Part shown: one piece after another, positions 26,659 to 36,638 of the stretch | Layout of the letters: the number at the start of each line of letters is the position of its first letter | Position numbering within the stretch: the first letter of the stretch is position 1 | Source of the DNA: a virus | Strand: one strand, 5' to 3' | Length of the DNA stretch: 64,000 nt | IMG/VR virus record: IMGVR_UViG_3300021373_002437 | Span: 1 to 64,000 of that record | Notes under the pieces: generated by a model | What the model saw: only the letters and a program-made list of their open reading frames with translations | Told to the model about the DNA's origin: nothing | Database searches by the model: none | Position numbers and translations under genes: made by a program

Positions 26659-28368
26659 TTATCCAGAGAAACTTTTATCTTCTCTTCGTTGTAATGTACT
26701 ATCACTGTTTCTGACAGTATCACGATTAATCAATATGTTTTCACTAGCACCACCTTGAGTAGTACTGTTATTATTGGTGATATTGTTTATCGTGGTACTA
26801 CCGGAACCAGACTCTTCTGGGATAGTATTTTCAATAGCATTCCCAGTTGGGACTACAGAAGGTATTGCCAGTGTAGGTGCGGTTAAGGCCGCTCTTTGAT
26901 CTGCAACCGATTCAATTTCTTCAGCAGACCTACCAAGAAAACCAAAAGATAATGTATTGAGAGCACTGTTACCGGCATTGAAAAGACGATCTGTTGTACT
27001 GGCTCGCTCATCTGCCATAAATCCTTTACCAGCACTATAACCAGCAGTACCAGCGGTGATCACAGCACCAACCGGTCCAGCAAACCTCGCCAGACGCCCT
27101 GCAGCCCTCCCTGCGCTACGAAAGATTCCACCCCTCTTAGGGACCGTGGTATTCCTTGTCGCGCCTCTGGGACGATCTGGTGAGCTTGTGGGGTTAGAGC
27201 TTCCCGGTGTTCGTGGGTCCATACCACCCGGAGCCCTTGATGGAGGCACTGTAGTAGTTCTTGGAGTCGTGGTAGCTCTACCCGGTCCCGTAGTAGTTCT
27301 TCCGGGTAATCTAGAAGATACTGCATCAGCCAATCCCTTAAGACCAGCCATACCAGCAGCAAGTCCAGCAGTAATAGCGCCGGTAATTGTAGAACCTAGC
27401 CGACCAAATAAAGCACCAAGCCCAGCACCAGCCAGCAAGCCAGCACCACCCCCACCAACACCGATGGTATTATCTGTGATCTTTTCTAGCTCTTTCTTTA
27501 TATCTTCAAGTAACTCTTCTGTTTTTGGGTTATCTCTATCAATACCAGTCTTAAATGCATTATTGTTATTTTTGACATTTTTTTCAGTAGTTTTTGAAGG
27601 TTTCTCTACAATTTCTGTTCGTTTTTCTTCAGAAATTCCGATTTTTTCAATAGTATCTTCTAATGCCTTTGCAGACTCCCCTATCTGTTCTTGTGTGTCC
27701 ATATTACGCATTTGAATTTCTTCTTTGGATTTTGGGCGCAATCCGGGGATTCCTGTCCACCCCAAACCAGCCACACCAGCATCCCCAAACATATTAGTAA
27801 CAGCCTGTCCCGCGCCCTTAGCAATCGGAGCAAGTGTTGGAAGATTCTCTGCGAAAAATTTGTTCTTTGGCTTCAGGTTCTGGTCGATATTCATTGACTC
27901 TTTAAACCTACCCATGCGACTACCAACAGCAGCAGTCATGAGTTTGTTCTGAACGGCATCCAGATCAAGAGCGCCAGATACACCGGGGGAACTTTCTTTA
28001 ATAGTCTCAACGGTCTTTATGATTTCTCTAATTGCAGCAACACTCTTTTTACCCTGCATCTGTTGAGCCGCTGCCAGTTGTTTAACCAGCTTGGTCATTT
28101 CACCTTTCAATTCACTGTTACCTTCATCAATTGCTTTTTGAAGTTCCAGTGTGTTTTTACCAAGATTTTCTGCGAGGGTAGAAGAAGCCCCAACAATACT
28201 TCCTTGTTGCAGTTTGGTGGTTTTAATGTTACCACCAGCCATAGCAGATTTTACAGAATCGACAAGACCCAACGCTCCAAGGTTATCGAAGCGTCCCTTC
28301 TCGTTTCTAAAATTAGTACCACCAAATTCATCATCTAAAATGTTTCTGCCGGTAACCTTGCCTACCAT
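26659..28368 (-). CDS. Baseplate hub / tail-length determinator (gp29-like)
   Basis: Helical, Gly/Ala-rich, low-complexity protein with NNITNNN near the C-terminus; downstream of gp26/gp51. Confidence 0.6.
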   Translation of the reverse strand: MVGKVTGRNILDDEFGGTNFRNEKGRFDNLGALGLVDSVKSAMAGGNIKTTKLQQGSIVGASSTLAENLGKNTLELQKAIDEGNSELKGEMTKLVKQLAAAQQMQGKKSVAAIREIIKTVETIKESSPGVSGALDLDAVQNKLMTAAVGSRMGRFKESMNIDQNLKPKNKFFAENLPTLAPIAKGAGQAVTNMFGDAGVAGLGWTGIPGLRPKSKEEIQMRNMDTQEQIGESAKALEDTIEKIGISEEKRTEIVEKPSKTTEKNVKNNNNAFKTGIDRDNPKTEELLEDIKKELEKITDNTIGVGGGGAGLLAGAGLGALFGRLGSTITGAITAGLAAGMAGLKGLADAVSSRLPGRTTTGPGRATTTPRTTTVPPSRAPGGMDPRTPGSSNPTSSPDRPRGATRNTTVPKRGGIFRSAGRAAGRLARFAGPVGAVITAGTAGYSAGKGFMADERASTTDRLFNAGNSALNTLSFGFLGRSAEEIESVADQRAALTAPTLAIPSVVPTGNAIENTIPEESGSGSTTINNITNNNSTTQGGASENILINRDTVRNSDSTLQRREDKSFSG

Positions 28369-28373
28369 TATTG

Positions 28374-28553
28374 CTACCTCTCTTTAGCCTGTTCAGCCTT
28401 CTTCTTTAAATGTACTATCAGCATGCTTATGTATACTTCTCTTTCCCAAGGCATCATATTCTCTAGTTGTTCTAAGTCCCACTGATGTTCTTGTATTAGT
28501 AAGAAATTCGTTTTGTAATAATTTTCAATCGAATCTTGAGAAAGAGTTAGACG
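28374..28553 (-). CDS. gp51: gp51-like baseplate hub assembly domain with no canonical start (candidate -1 frameshift extension of gp26)
   Basis: RLTLSQDSIENYYKTNFLLIQEHQWDLEQLENMMPWEREVYISML...; ENYYKTNF and MMPWEREVY are typical gp51-like motifs; absent from the ORF track. Confidence 0.8.
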   Translation of the reverse strand, partial: RLTLSQDSIENYYKTNFLLIQEHQWDLEQLENMMPWEREVYISMLIVHLKKKAEQAKER

Positions 28554-29239
28554 AAAAAATGCTCGTACCCATTAATAACAATCTCATTATGGTGCCCACA
28601 TTTTGGACAATCAAATTCGATATTATGTGCAATTGTAGGAATAGCAGAAAGAAACTCTTCAGCTTCTCCATATGCTTCTAGGGGCAAACCATCTACCCAT
28701 TCTACAATCTCTTCTCTGTTATCTTCATCTGGTTTAGTTACTTCCTCATCATCAAAAATGTATTCGATGCAACTAACCAGAATATCAGTATCCGACATGT
28801 TCTCAAAGTTAACCTGAACTTCAGAACTCGGGTACTTCATTACCATCCCAGAAGATTCATTTAATAAAATCTTCTTGTTTGGTTCTGCGGTGTTTCCGAT
28901 CATCTGGAAATCATTCACGCTCATTTCATAACCAATCTTGTTACTACATTCACCACAAATCAATTCAAATGATTGTTGCTCTCCTGTAGATTTTTCCTTA
29001 AGCTTCAGGAAGAGCCATTGTAAAATGTGTAGTGGTAGTTCATCAACGTCAATTCCTTCTACGCAATTCCCAACCACCTGTTTACAAGCAGACAACATTC
29101 CAAGCTTGTCTTCTGATTCTACTGCCAGTGTCAGTATCTTACTTTCTTTTACCAAAAAGGGCCTACACTTGATCACTTCCTCACTTTCAGGAAGAGTTAC
29201 ATCAAACGTAGGCACGACAACTTTAGGTAGTGCCATCAT
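28547..29239 (-). CDS. gp26: Baseplate hub subunit gp26
   Basis: MALPK...RPFLVKESKIL, CxxC...MKYP...CPKC...GYEHFF. Confidence 0.9.
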   Translation of the reverse strand: MMALPKVVVPTFDVTLPESEEVIKCRPFLVKESKILTLAVESEDKLGMLSACKQVVGNCVEGIDVDELPLHILQWLFLKLKEKSTGEQQSFELICGECSNKIGYEMSVNDFQMIGNTAEPNKKILLNESSGMVMKYPSSEVQVNFENMSDTDILVSCIEYIFDDEEVTKPDEDNREEIVEWVDGLPLEAYGEAEEFLSAIPTIAHNIEFDCPKCGHHNEIVINGYEHFFV

Positions 29240-29255
29240 AATCTCCTATAATAAT

Positions 29256-29912
29256 TTAACCGTTCGGGTCACGGTCACCAAAAATGTTATAAAAATTCTG
29301 GAAAAAACCAGCGTCCGTGTCGATTACTTCATTCTTTAAATCAGCAATACGATCAGCAACGTCTAATCTAGGTTGTTCATAATTGCTGTAATTGTTCTTC
29401 CATCTCTTCGCAGACATGGATAGTGATGTTCTAAGTTGTTGAGTGTTGCCCCAAGCAACTGGTGTGATATTTAGCAGCTTCGGCATACACTCAATAAAAT
29501 GCCATTCACCCACAACATTGTCAGCAACATCCAAAGAACGCACCTTAACATCAGCAGTAATATCGCTGTAAAAAGAAACCTCTTTGGTTTTCATATTTGA
29601 AGACAGATTAATCCAGCTTTCAAAATATGATCGCAGACTCCAGTTATAATCTACCAGAAAGGTAAATACTATTTCGGTTGAAAGGAACTCTACATTTTGA
29701 TTTCGGTATTCTGTCCACGGACCAATTTTGTATGGGACCGTAGTCGCGGATAGGCCCGGTATCTGAGCCTCTTCACACATTAGAGTGGTGAGAAAATTTG
29801 ACCCCAACTTCTTACAACCACCAATCTCTACTTCGAACCTGTCAGAACGAGGTAGGTGGGTGGTTCTCATCCGATGTAAGAACTCTTGATAGTTAGTCAT
29901 TGACTTAGGCAT
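29256..29912 (-). CDS. Tail-tube-like baseplate protein (gp54/gp19 fold)
   Basis: CEEAQIPG...FTFLVD...RSYFESW pattern; position in the cluster. Confidence 0.7.
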   Translation of the reverse strand: MPKSMTNYQEFLHRMRTTHLPRSDRFEVEIGGCKKLGSNFLTTLMCEEAQIPGLSATTVPYKIGPWTEYRNQNVEFLSTEIVFTFLVDYNWSLRSYFESWINLSSNMKTKEVSFYSDITADVKVRSLDVADNVVGEWHFIECMPKLLNITPVAWGNTQQLRTSLSMSAKRWKNNYSNYEQPRLDVADRIADLKNEVIDTDAGFFQNFYNIFGDRDPNG

Positions 29913-30480
29913 TGATCATTTCCTTGCTCTTTGTGTATACTTTCCTATCAGACGCACCAACAAATTTTTGTGTTGGTAGAAAGATTGCCGCCTTCCAGTG
30001 CTGGGGGTCTACCAGTAAAAACCGACTCTTCACATGAGAGTATAGGTATTTCTTTACTGTAGGCTGTACACCGGGAAAGCGTGAAAAGTTGCTTAATAGT
30101 TCCCAACTAAGTTGGAATTTACTGTCTGAATCTATCGGCTTACTGGCAAAATCTATCAAAGACCCCAAAAGCCTAGCTCTCATCATGGGAGCCAGATAAT
30201 GTAAATTCAATCCAGTAAAGCCCCTGCTGTTGCTATCAAACGGAAGGCATAGGGGAAACCGGTCATAGTAAGGCAGTTCTTTCTTGTACTTCGGGTCATA
30301 TACATACATGTACATATTTCCCGGCTGCAACTCACTAGTCAACTCTCCCAGATCAGATCGGGATATTGGACCATATGAGTTTAAGTCTTTGGCGAATTTG
30401 TTGACCGCATGGATATACCATCTAGAAGATCGGTCTTGATCACCACGACTGCCTCTTAAATTTTCAAAAGGATTTGACAT
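29905..30480 (-). CDS. gp2: DNA end protector gp2
   Basis: MYMYVYDPKYKKELPYYDRFPL, GLNLHYL, KKYL..HV.S. Confidence 0.92.
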   Translation of the reverse strand: MSNPFENLRGSRGDQDRSSRWYIHAVNKFAKDLNSYGPISRSDLGELTSELQPGNMYMYVYDPKYKKELPYYDRFPLCLPFDSNSRGFTGLNLHYLAPMMRARLLGSLIDFASKPIDSDSKFQLSWELLSNFSRFPGVQPTVKKYLYSHVKSRFLLVDPQHWKAAIFLPTQKFVGASDRKVYTKSKEMINA

Positions 30481-30485
30481 AACAG

Positions 30486-30493
30486 TATTTATA
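30486..30493 (-). promoter_or_regulatory. Late promoter TATAAATA for gp2
   Basis: TATTTATA on the + strand just upstream of the gp2 ATG. Confidence 0.65.
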
Positions 30494-30947
30494 ACTCCAA
30501 ACCAAGTTCTTTCTCGGTCACTATCATAAATTTCCAGCCACGGTCCAGACAAAACTCTTCAGCGGCTTCCCACTTTGCTCTATTCACACCCCACTGTGCA
30601 ACCTCTTGTAAGAACCGTTTGGTTTTTCTCTTAGGTATCTTTGGTTCTTGGGTATATCGATATGGCTTTACTTCCACCAGACGGGTAGTGATTTTCCCAG
30701 TATTCTTATCTCGAACCTTAACAATGAAGTCTACAAAATACCTGTGCATACGACCATCCACGGGAGAGCGGTAAGGAATTACTACTTCCTCACTGCCCCA
30801 CTGCACCACATCAGAGTTAAGATCACACCAGTTCATGAATTTTAGTTCATAACTGGACCTATAAATAATATTTCTACGATCACCCAAGTATTTCTTGGGT
30901 GATCGGGGTGGGAATTTACCTGAATAAATTTCTTTACTGTAAGTCAT
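30489..30947 (-). CDS. gp4: Head completion nuclease gp4
   Basis: YRSSYELKFM.WCD...W.SEE..IPY.SP.D...HRYFVDF...EVKP...KWEAA. Confidence 0.95.
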   Translation of the reverse strand: MTYSKEIYSGKFPPRSPKKYLGDRRNIIYRSSYELKFMNWCDLNSDVVQWGSEEVVIPYRSPVDGRMHRYFVDFIVKVRDKNTGKITTRLVEVKPYRYTQEPKIPKRKTKRFLQEVAQWGVNRAKWEAAEEFCLDRGWKFMIVTEKELGLEL

Positions 30948-30954
30948 TAAGCCT

Positions 30955-30995
30955 TATAAATACATGTAAGTATAACCAACTATCAGGTATTTATA
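30955..30995. promoter_or_regulatory. Face-to-face late promoters (TATAAATA + at 30955, - at 30988-30995)
   Basis: Exact consensus on both strands between the divergent gp4 and gp48 genes. Confidence 0.75.
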
Positions 30996-32221
30996 TGAAC
31001 GACATAGTAGATTCAGCAGGTAAGTTAAAGGATGCTTTAACAGATACTACCATCACTGCAAGAGAATCCTACGACACAATGAACCCGGAGCTTCGACAAA
31101 AGCTTCAGAAGAACATTGCAGAAAGTCCATCAGTATACAGTTACCCATCTGACTTAAATGTTTCAGGTGGCGAAACTGAGTTGGTCCACAGTGTAGTTTT
31201 CAATATTTTGGCTAGAGAGAATAGCCGTGTAGCACAAATCAGGGAAGCTATCAGTGCGGTAAGAGACGGTTTTGAAAACACTCCAGTTGACAATACGGAA
31301 CAAAACAGAACCACTGGAGAGAATGCTAAATTTTATTTGGGGTCTCTGGCAGCGGTTGCTGGTGGTACCGTTGCTTATGCAAGGGTCAAGAGGGCTGGCA
31401 GGATTGCATTGAACGCTGGTGGACAGGCTGCTAACGCTATCGGTGGAACTGTTCAAGTTGCGGGGTTGGCTGCTGCAGGAGCGGCTGCTGCTTCTTTAAC
31501 TGCCGAGAACGTGACAACTGTGAATATCAACACGGCAATTGAGCTTTATGTAACACAGCCCCCAATCGCTGAATATAGTGCCAATTGGGAAAATGAATCT
31601 TTGGGTGCTCTGGGTGGCAAGGTGGCTAATGCTAATTTGAGTCAAGCCGACCTCTCAATAGAGGGTGTGCTTCGATCTGCAACTGGTATTGGTGAACTTG
31701 GTGCTAGAGGTATCATTGGTGCTGCTGCATCCATACCATCTGAACTAGGTCTTACTGGAGACCTTGCTGCTGGCATTGAGGCAACCAGTAAAAAAGTTGC
31801 AAACCCATACAGAGAACAACTATTCAAAAGAATGGGTTTTCGAAAATTTGCATTTTCATATAAATTTGCTCCCAGAAACAATACCGAATTGCAAACTGCC
31901 ATGGGAATCATACAACAGTTTAAATACCACATGCACCCAGAAAACGACATTAACAATTTGTTTCTAGAATATCCTTCTGAGTTTGATATTGAATATCGGT
32001 ATAGGAAAAAAGATGGGACCACAGAGCGAAATAAATATCTTAGCAGAATATCTACCTGTGCATTGACAGATATGAAAGTTACTTATGGTGGTCAGGATGG
32101 GTTTACTTCATTCATCGATACTGATGGCGCTCCATCCGAGATACAAATGGATTTGGTCTTTGCAGAACTAGAGACACTTACCAACGACAGAGTTGGATTA
32201 GATTACGGGGATAGCCTATAA
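30995..32221 (+). CDS. gp48: Baseplate tail-tube cap gp48
   Basis: YSYPSDL, NPYREQLFK.MGFRKFAFSYKFAPRN..E, YPSEFDI, CALTDMKVTY, F.ELE.LT. Confidence 0.9.
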   Translation: MNDIVDSAGKLKDALTDTTITARESYDTMNPELRQKLQKNIAESPSVYSYPSDLNVSGGETELVHSVVFNILARENSRVAQIREAISAVRDGFENTPVDNTEQNRTTGENAKFYLGSLAAVAGGTVAYARVKRAGRIALNAGGQAANAIGGTVQVAGLAAAGAAAASLTAENVTTVNINTAIELYVTQPPIAEYSANWENESLGALGGKVANANLSQADLSIEGVLRSATGIGELGARGIIGAAASIPSELGLTGDLAAGIEATSKKVANPYREQLFKRMGFRKFAFSYKFAPRNNTELQTAMGIIQQFKYHMHPENDINNLFLEYPSEFDIEYRYRKKDGTTERNKYLSRISTCALTDMKVTYGGQDGFTSFIDTDGAPSEIQMDLVFAELETLTNDRVGLDYGDSL

Positions 32222-32748
32222 TGTTTTTTAAAAGTATGCCCACGATTCGGTACACTGCAGATGACCGGCCTAGAATTGTAACTGATATATTCAGACGAAT
32301 AATCTTTACAAATTTTCAAAACTCTAAACTTGCGCTCGAAGAATACTATGTTCAAGAGGGGGAAACCCCGGAAACAGTATCATATAATTTCTATGGTACT
32401 TCTTATTACCATTGGTTGGTTCTTGCTATTAATAACATTGTAGATATTCCTAATGAATGGCCCAGACCAACGGCTGCGCTTTTTGACTATGTTGAAAATA
32501 AGTATGGTCAGAATAACGCATCTGATGTACACCACTACATTCTAAAGAGAGATGTTAATGGCAACGAGGTAGAAGAAGAAATTATAGTTGACTATGATGC
32601 TGCCAAACTCGCCAGTGGTGATATAGAGGTCGTTACTAATTATAATTATGAACTAGCTTTGAATGATGATAAGCGCCAAATTTTTCTACTACTCCCAGCA
32701 TATGTTGGTGAGGCTATTACAACATACAAGAGATTAATGTCGCAGTAA
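32221..32748 (+). CDS. gp53: Baseplate wedge gp53
   Basis: MFFKSMP, GETPE.VS..FYG...YHWL.L..N, EWP, NDDKRQI. Confidence 0.92.
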   Translation: MFFKSMPTIRYTADDRPRIVTDIFRRIIFTNFQNSKLALEEYYVQEGETPETVSYNFYGTSYYHWLVLAINNIVDIPNEWPRPTAALFDYVENKYGQNNASDVHHYILKRDVNGNEVEEEIIVDYDAAKLASGDIEVVTNYNYELALNDDKRQIFLLLPAYVGEAITTYKRLMSQ

Positions 32749-32749
32749 T

Positions 32750-34147
32750 ATGCCAGAACCAAATAGCGAAATATTAATTAAAGCTGGAGACTATGAATTA
32801 GAGTCTTTGCTTATCCATACAGTTGGAGCCAATGGGATTGTTGATCTTAGAAACTTCATGCTGGAGATGCATCTGTATGAAGATATTTTTTCCAGCACTC
32901 TTAGCGGAAATGTTATTATTGCAGACGCAGTAAACTTGATATCTTCTCTGCCGATTTTTGGTGATGAAGCAATCACTATGAAGATAAGAACCCCGACTCT
33001 GGAAGATGACTCTTACAACATTATAGAAAAGACTTTCAACATTTATTCTATACAAGATAGAATGTCAAATACAGAAGGTTCTCAATACTACAAGCTGTGC
33101 TTTACTTCAATTGAAAACTATGTAGATGCTGCTGCTCCAATATCAAAGACGTTTCGCGGAACAACTGATGAGGTTGCCGCTAAAGTTTTTGAAGACTATA
33201 TTCAGACCGAAAGAGTTATTGGTAGTCCAGATAAAACCCAGATGGTGATCACAGATGCCCCACATAAGAGCAACATCACCTATACGTCAAACTTCTGGTC
33301 CCCTATTAAAAACCTTAGATTCATTTCTAAGCGGGTTCGCGGTAACCAATTAAATGGTTCTGATTATCTTTTTTATGAATCTAATAAGAGATTTTATTTT
33401 GCCAGTATGGAATCCATTATCCAAGGACAAGTAGAATCTGCCATCTTTGAAGAGTATGTTGTTGAGCGAGATTCACAAAACATTCCACGAAGAAAAACAG
33501 GTCTTCAGTATTACGGCAAACCAATGCCAAATGAAATGACCCGCATTGAAGATTTGAAACAGGTGAAAAACATCGACCTGTTAGAGAGCCAAGAAAAGGG
33601 GATACTTGCTAGTAGTATTTATGGTTACGATCTATCAACTAAAAAATTCGTACAGCGCAATTTAGATTTTGTTGACGAAAGCAAAAAGTTTTATAGAACT
33701 TCTGGTGGTAACCAGTTTTCCCAAACCATTCCAAGAAACCCTAGGGCTAAAGTAGATTTTGTCATGTACAACTCTTCGGTTTTTAACGGGTATGGGATTA
33801 CAGATAACGACAACTTACCTTCAGGGCACCCAGCAGAGCAGTATAGTGACAGAGTTTTGTTTCGAAATTCTTATCTAAATAGTTTAGGACAAAATGTTTT
33901 TGAAATGGTTGTTCCCGGTAGAACTGATATAGAAGTTGGTTGTTTAATCAATGTTCTCTATCCTACATCAGCGATACATGATTCTAAAACAAAAGAAATA
34001 GATACTATATTTGACCCCTATTTGAGCGGTGTCTTTTTGGTGACTGCGATACATCACAAATTTAATAGGGACCGGCATGTAATGACTTTGGAAATAGTGA
34101 AGAATGGTTTAAATTATGACATGGGAGTAATTGCAGATGAATCCTAA
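32750..34147 (+). CDS. Baseplate hub protein (gp27-like)
   Basis: YEDIF, YLFYE, VPGRTDIEVG, SGVFLVTAIHH; between gp53 and gp5. Confidence 0.65.
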   Translation: MPEPNSEILIKAGDYELESLLIHTVGANGIVDLRNFMLEMHLYEDIFSSTLSGNVIIADAVNLISSLPIFGDEAITMKIRTPTLEDDSYNIIEKTFNIYSIQDRMSNTEGSQYYKLCFTSIENYVDAAAPISKTFRGTTDEVAAKVFEDYIQTERVIGSPDKTQMVITDAPHKSNITYTSNFWSPIKNLRFISKRVRGNQLNGSDYLFYESNKRFYFASMESIIQGQVESAIFEEYVVERDSQNIPRRKTGLQYYGKPMPNEMTRIEDLKQVKNIDLLESQEKGILASSIYGYDLSTKKFVQRNLDFVDESKKFYRTSGGNQFSQTIPRNPRAKVDFVMYNSSVFNGYGITDNDNLPSGHPAEQYSDRVLFRNSYLNSLGQNVFEMVVPGRTDIEVGCLINVLYPTSAIHDSKTKEIDTIFDPYLSGVFLVTAIHHKFNRDRHVMTLEIVKNGLNYDMGVIADES

Positions 34148-35600
34148 TTTTGTATGGTGGACTGGTGTTGTTGAAGATCGGGCTGACCCAGAAAAGATGG
34201 GTCGATATCGTGTTCGCATTTTAGGATTTCATACTGAGGACAGAACAGAGCTTCCTGTTTCTGATCTTCCGTGGGCTACTCCAATCATGCCTGTAAGTTC
34301 ATCTAGCAACACTGGGGTTTGCGAGACTCCTTCTTTGGTCGAGGGTACTGCTGTAATTGGATTTTTTAGTGATGGTGTGGATGAGCAACTACCCATTATA
34401 GTTGGCTCCATCCCCGGCATGCCGCAGCAGAAAATCGAAGACCCAAATGTGGGATTCTCAGACCCCACTGGAGAATATCCACGTTACTTAAATGAACCAG
34501 ACATATCTAAGCTGGCGCGTGATAGTGCTGCAGAAAACCATGAGTCTCTAATATCAAAAAGAGAAACCCGTATTGGCGTAGAAGGGCCTATAGTAACGGC
34601 TAAGGCCCCTTCGGTTTCTACCATGTTGCCTGACAAGTCTGGAAAAGATTATGATGGGGCTACTTGGGAAGAGCCACATCCAAGATTTGGTTCGACTGAT
34701 CAAGGAACCTATACTGAGGCTGGTCAGGCCCCAACCTTTGATGAAGGAGTTACTTCTGTTTATCCTTTCAACCAAGTAAAAGAAACTGAGTCCGGTCATG
34801 TTTTTGAAACTGACAATACCCCAGCCAACGGAAGAATACACGAATATCATAATGCAGGAACCTTCAGAGAAATTCAGGCAGACGGCAAAAGAATTACTAA
34901 AGTTGTGGGTGCTGATTACGAGGTTATCCTAGAAGGTAAGAATGTTTATATCCAAGGTGGGTGTAACGTTAACATTGTTGGCGATTGTAAGATGCGGGTG
35001 GACGGTGATTTCTATCAAGAGATAGATGGAGATTATTTTATGACTGTAACTGGTGATCGCATCGCCAAAATCAATGGTAATGATATTGCTGAGATAGGTA
35101 CAGATCAGGGAATAAATATTAACGGTAATAGAACTTCTCGTGTGGGTGGAGACAACACAGATTCTATTGTGGGTACCGACATACGAACTATCGGCAAAGA
35201 CAAGATTCTAACCGTCAACCAAAAACTACAAGAACAAATTAAAGGAAAGGCGTACAGGCTCGTGGAAAAATCAAGCAATGAAGTAGTACTCGGAGACCGT
35301 AATACCCTGTCTGGAGCAGGAATTTATTTTGGTGCTGATGGTATAATCAGTGCTAAATCTGGTGGAGATTTTAACATCACTTCTGACGGCGCACATACGG
35401 TAACGGTTAACGGGGTACACACAATAGAAGCTGGTGGTGAGTCGTTCATCAACAACAACTTGACGGTTGACGGAACTATAGATGCGACTGGTGATGTATC
35501 TACTGATGCCGGTGCTGGTGTCACGTTGGCTACCCATACACATATCGGTTCACCAACAGCCGGTACAGGACCAATTTCTGATACAGGAACACCTAAGTAA
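34131..35600 (+). CDS. gp5: Baseplate central spike gp5 (no lysozyme domain)
   Basis: WWTGVVEDRADP..GR.RVR..G.H OB-fold, YPFNQV.ETESGH..E.D.TP, beta-helix repeats, THTH near the C-terminus. Confidence 0.9.
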   Translation: MQMNPNFVWWTGVVEDRADPEKMGRYRVRILGFHTEDRTELPVSDLPWATPIMPVSSSSNTGVCETPSLVEGTAVIGFFSDGVDEQLPIIVGSIPGMPQQKIEDPNVGFSDPTGEYPRYLNEPDISKLARDSAAENHESLISKRETRIGVEGPIVTAKAPSVSTMLPDKSGKDYDGATWEEPHPRFGSTDQGTYTEAGQAPTFDEGVTSVYPFNQVKETESGHVFETDNTPANGRIHEYHNAGTFREIQADGKRITKVVGADYEVILEGKNVYIQGGCNVNIVGDCKMRVDGDFYQEIDGDYFMTVTGDRIAKINGNDIAEIGTDQGININGNRTSRVGGDNTDSIVGTDIRTIGKDKILTVNQKLQEQIKGKAYRLVEKSSNEVVLGDRNTLSGAGIYFGADGIISAKSGGDFNITSDGAHTVTVNGVHTIEAGGESFINNNLTVDGTIDATGDVSTDAGAGVTLATHTHIGSPTAGTGPISDTGTPK

Positions 35601-35612
35601 TAGGAGACTATA

Positions 35613-36209
35613 ATGAGTTGTGGTGCAGCGGAAGAACTTCTAAAGTTAGCAGACCAGTTTGATGAGGTTGAGTCCCGAATAGATGGTATGATTGGTGACG
35701 TTGAGGGGCAGGTTGGTCAAATACAATCTATTGTACAAGCCGAAATAGACAAGCTGACGGAGACTCTTACTGGGTATATACCTGAAATCGATATTCCAAT
35801 AGAAATAGATTCCCTTCAGGGAGATGTTGCTGGCATTTTGGAAAAGCTTATAGCAGGTCAGATTATTGCTGAAGACATTGCACAGGAAGTAGCCATACTG
35901 GAGGCGAAGTGGGGTGGCCTTGATCTTGGTAATATCAACTTCACAGATATCCCGAGATTGATTAGATCGGGGGCATTGGACCTTCAAAATTTGTGTCAAG
36001 TTCTGCCAAATTATCAAAATTCGGGGGCTGAAGTTACCCTAAAAGGGACTCCAATATCTTTCCCAGAGATAAACGTACCAGACATTATTAAGGGCGGCAG
36101 TATCCCAAGAATCAATAAGCCAGAGTTCAGAGTTGACATAAACAGGAGAATATCTAATGGGACAAATAAGTTCTTAAATATAAACATCCCAGACCTTTAT
36201 GTGGGGTGA
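35613..36209 (+). CDS. Hypothetical protein (gp5-gp25 interval)
   Basis: AGGAG SD; MSCG start; helical. Confidence 0.7.
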   Translation: MSCGAAEELLKLADQFDEVESRIDGMIGDVEGQVGQIQSIVQAEIDKLTETLTGYIPEIDIPIEIDSLQGDVAGILEKLIAGQIIAEDIAQEVAILEAKWGGLDLGNINFTDIPRLIRSGALDLQNLCQVLPNYQNSGAEVTLKGTPISFPEINVPDIIKGGSIPRINKPEFRVDINRRISNGTNKFLNINIPDLYVG

Positions 36210-36216
36210 GATGAGT

Positions 36217-36224
36217 TATAAATA
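36217..36224 (+). promoter_or_regulatory. Late promoter TATAAATA
   Basis: Intergenic, upstream of gp25. Confidence 0.75.
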
Positions 36225-36229
36225 GAACT

Positions 36230-36637
36230 ATGACTATACAAAAGTTAAAAGTTTCTCGTTTATACAAAGACTTGGATTTGGACATGAGTGCTCCAAATCC
36301 GGTCACTGGTGATGCTCCAAAGAAAACTGATGTGAATGCGGTTAAGCAATCCATTAAGATTTTAATGCTTACTAATTTTTACGAGCGCCCCTTTGCCCCA
36401 AAGAAAGCGGGTAATATATCAGGGCTGCTCTTTGAACCTATGTCTCCTTTGGTTTCAAGTACAATGTCAAAGGTGATAGAGAAGCTGCTACAGTCATATG
36501 AACCAAGAGCAAATATTCAGTCTGTAACGGTGGAACCAGATTTCGATAATAACGCATACACAATCAATATCACTTTTTACGTGGTGGGTATCAATAAGCC
36601 CCAATCACTGACAACCAGATTAAAGAGAGTAAGGTAA
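36230..36637 (+). CDS. gp25: Baseplate wedge gp25
   Basis: YKDLDL, AVKQSI..L.LT..YERPF, YEPR. Confidence 0.92.
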   Translation: MTIQKLKVSRLYKDLDLDMSAPNPVTGDAPKKTDVNAVKQSIKILMLTNFYERPFAPKKAGNISGLLFEPMSPLVSSTMSKVIEKLLQSYEPRANIQSVTVEPDFDNNAYTINITFYVVGINKPQSLTTRLKRVR

Positions 36638-36638
36638 T

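Noticed and set aside
27056-27715. 219-aa plus-strand ORF (and other antisense ORFs such as 49933..50424 and 41401..41823)
   Set aside because: Shadow frames of Gly/Ala/Thr-rich genes on the opposite strand; no recognisable motifs
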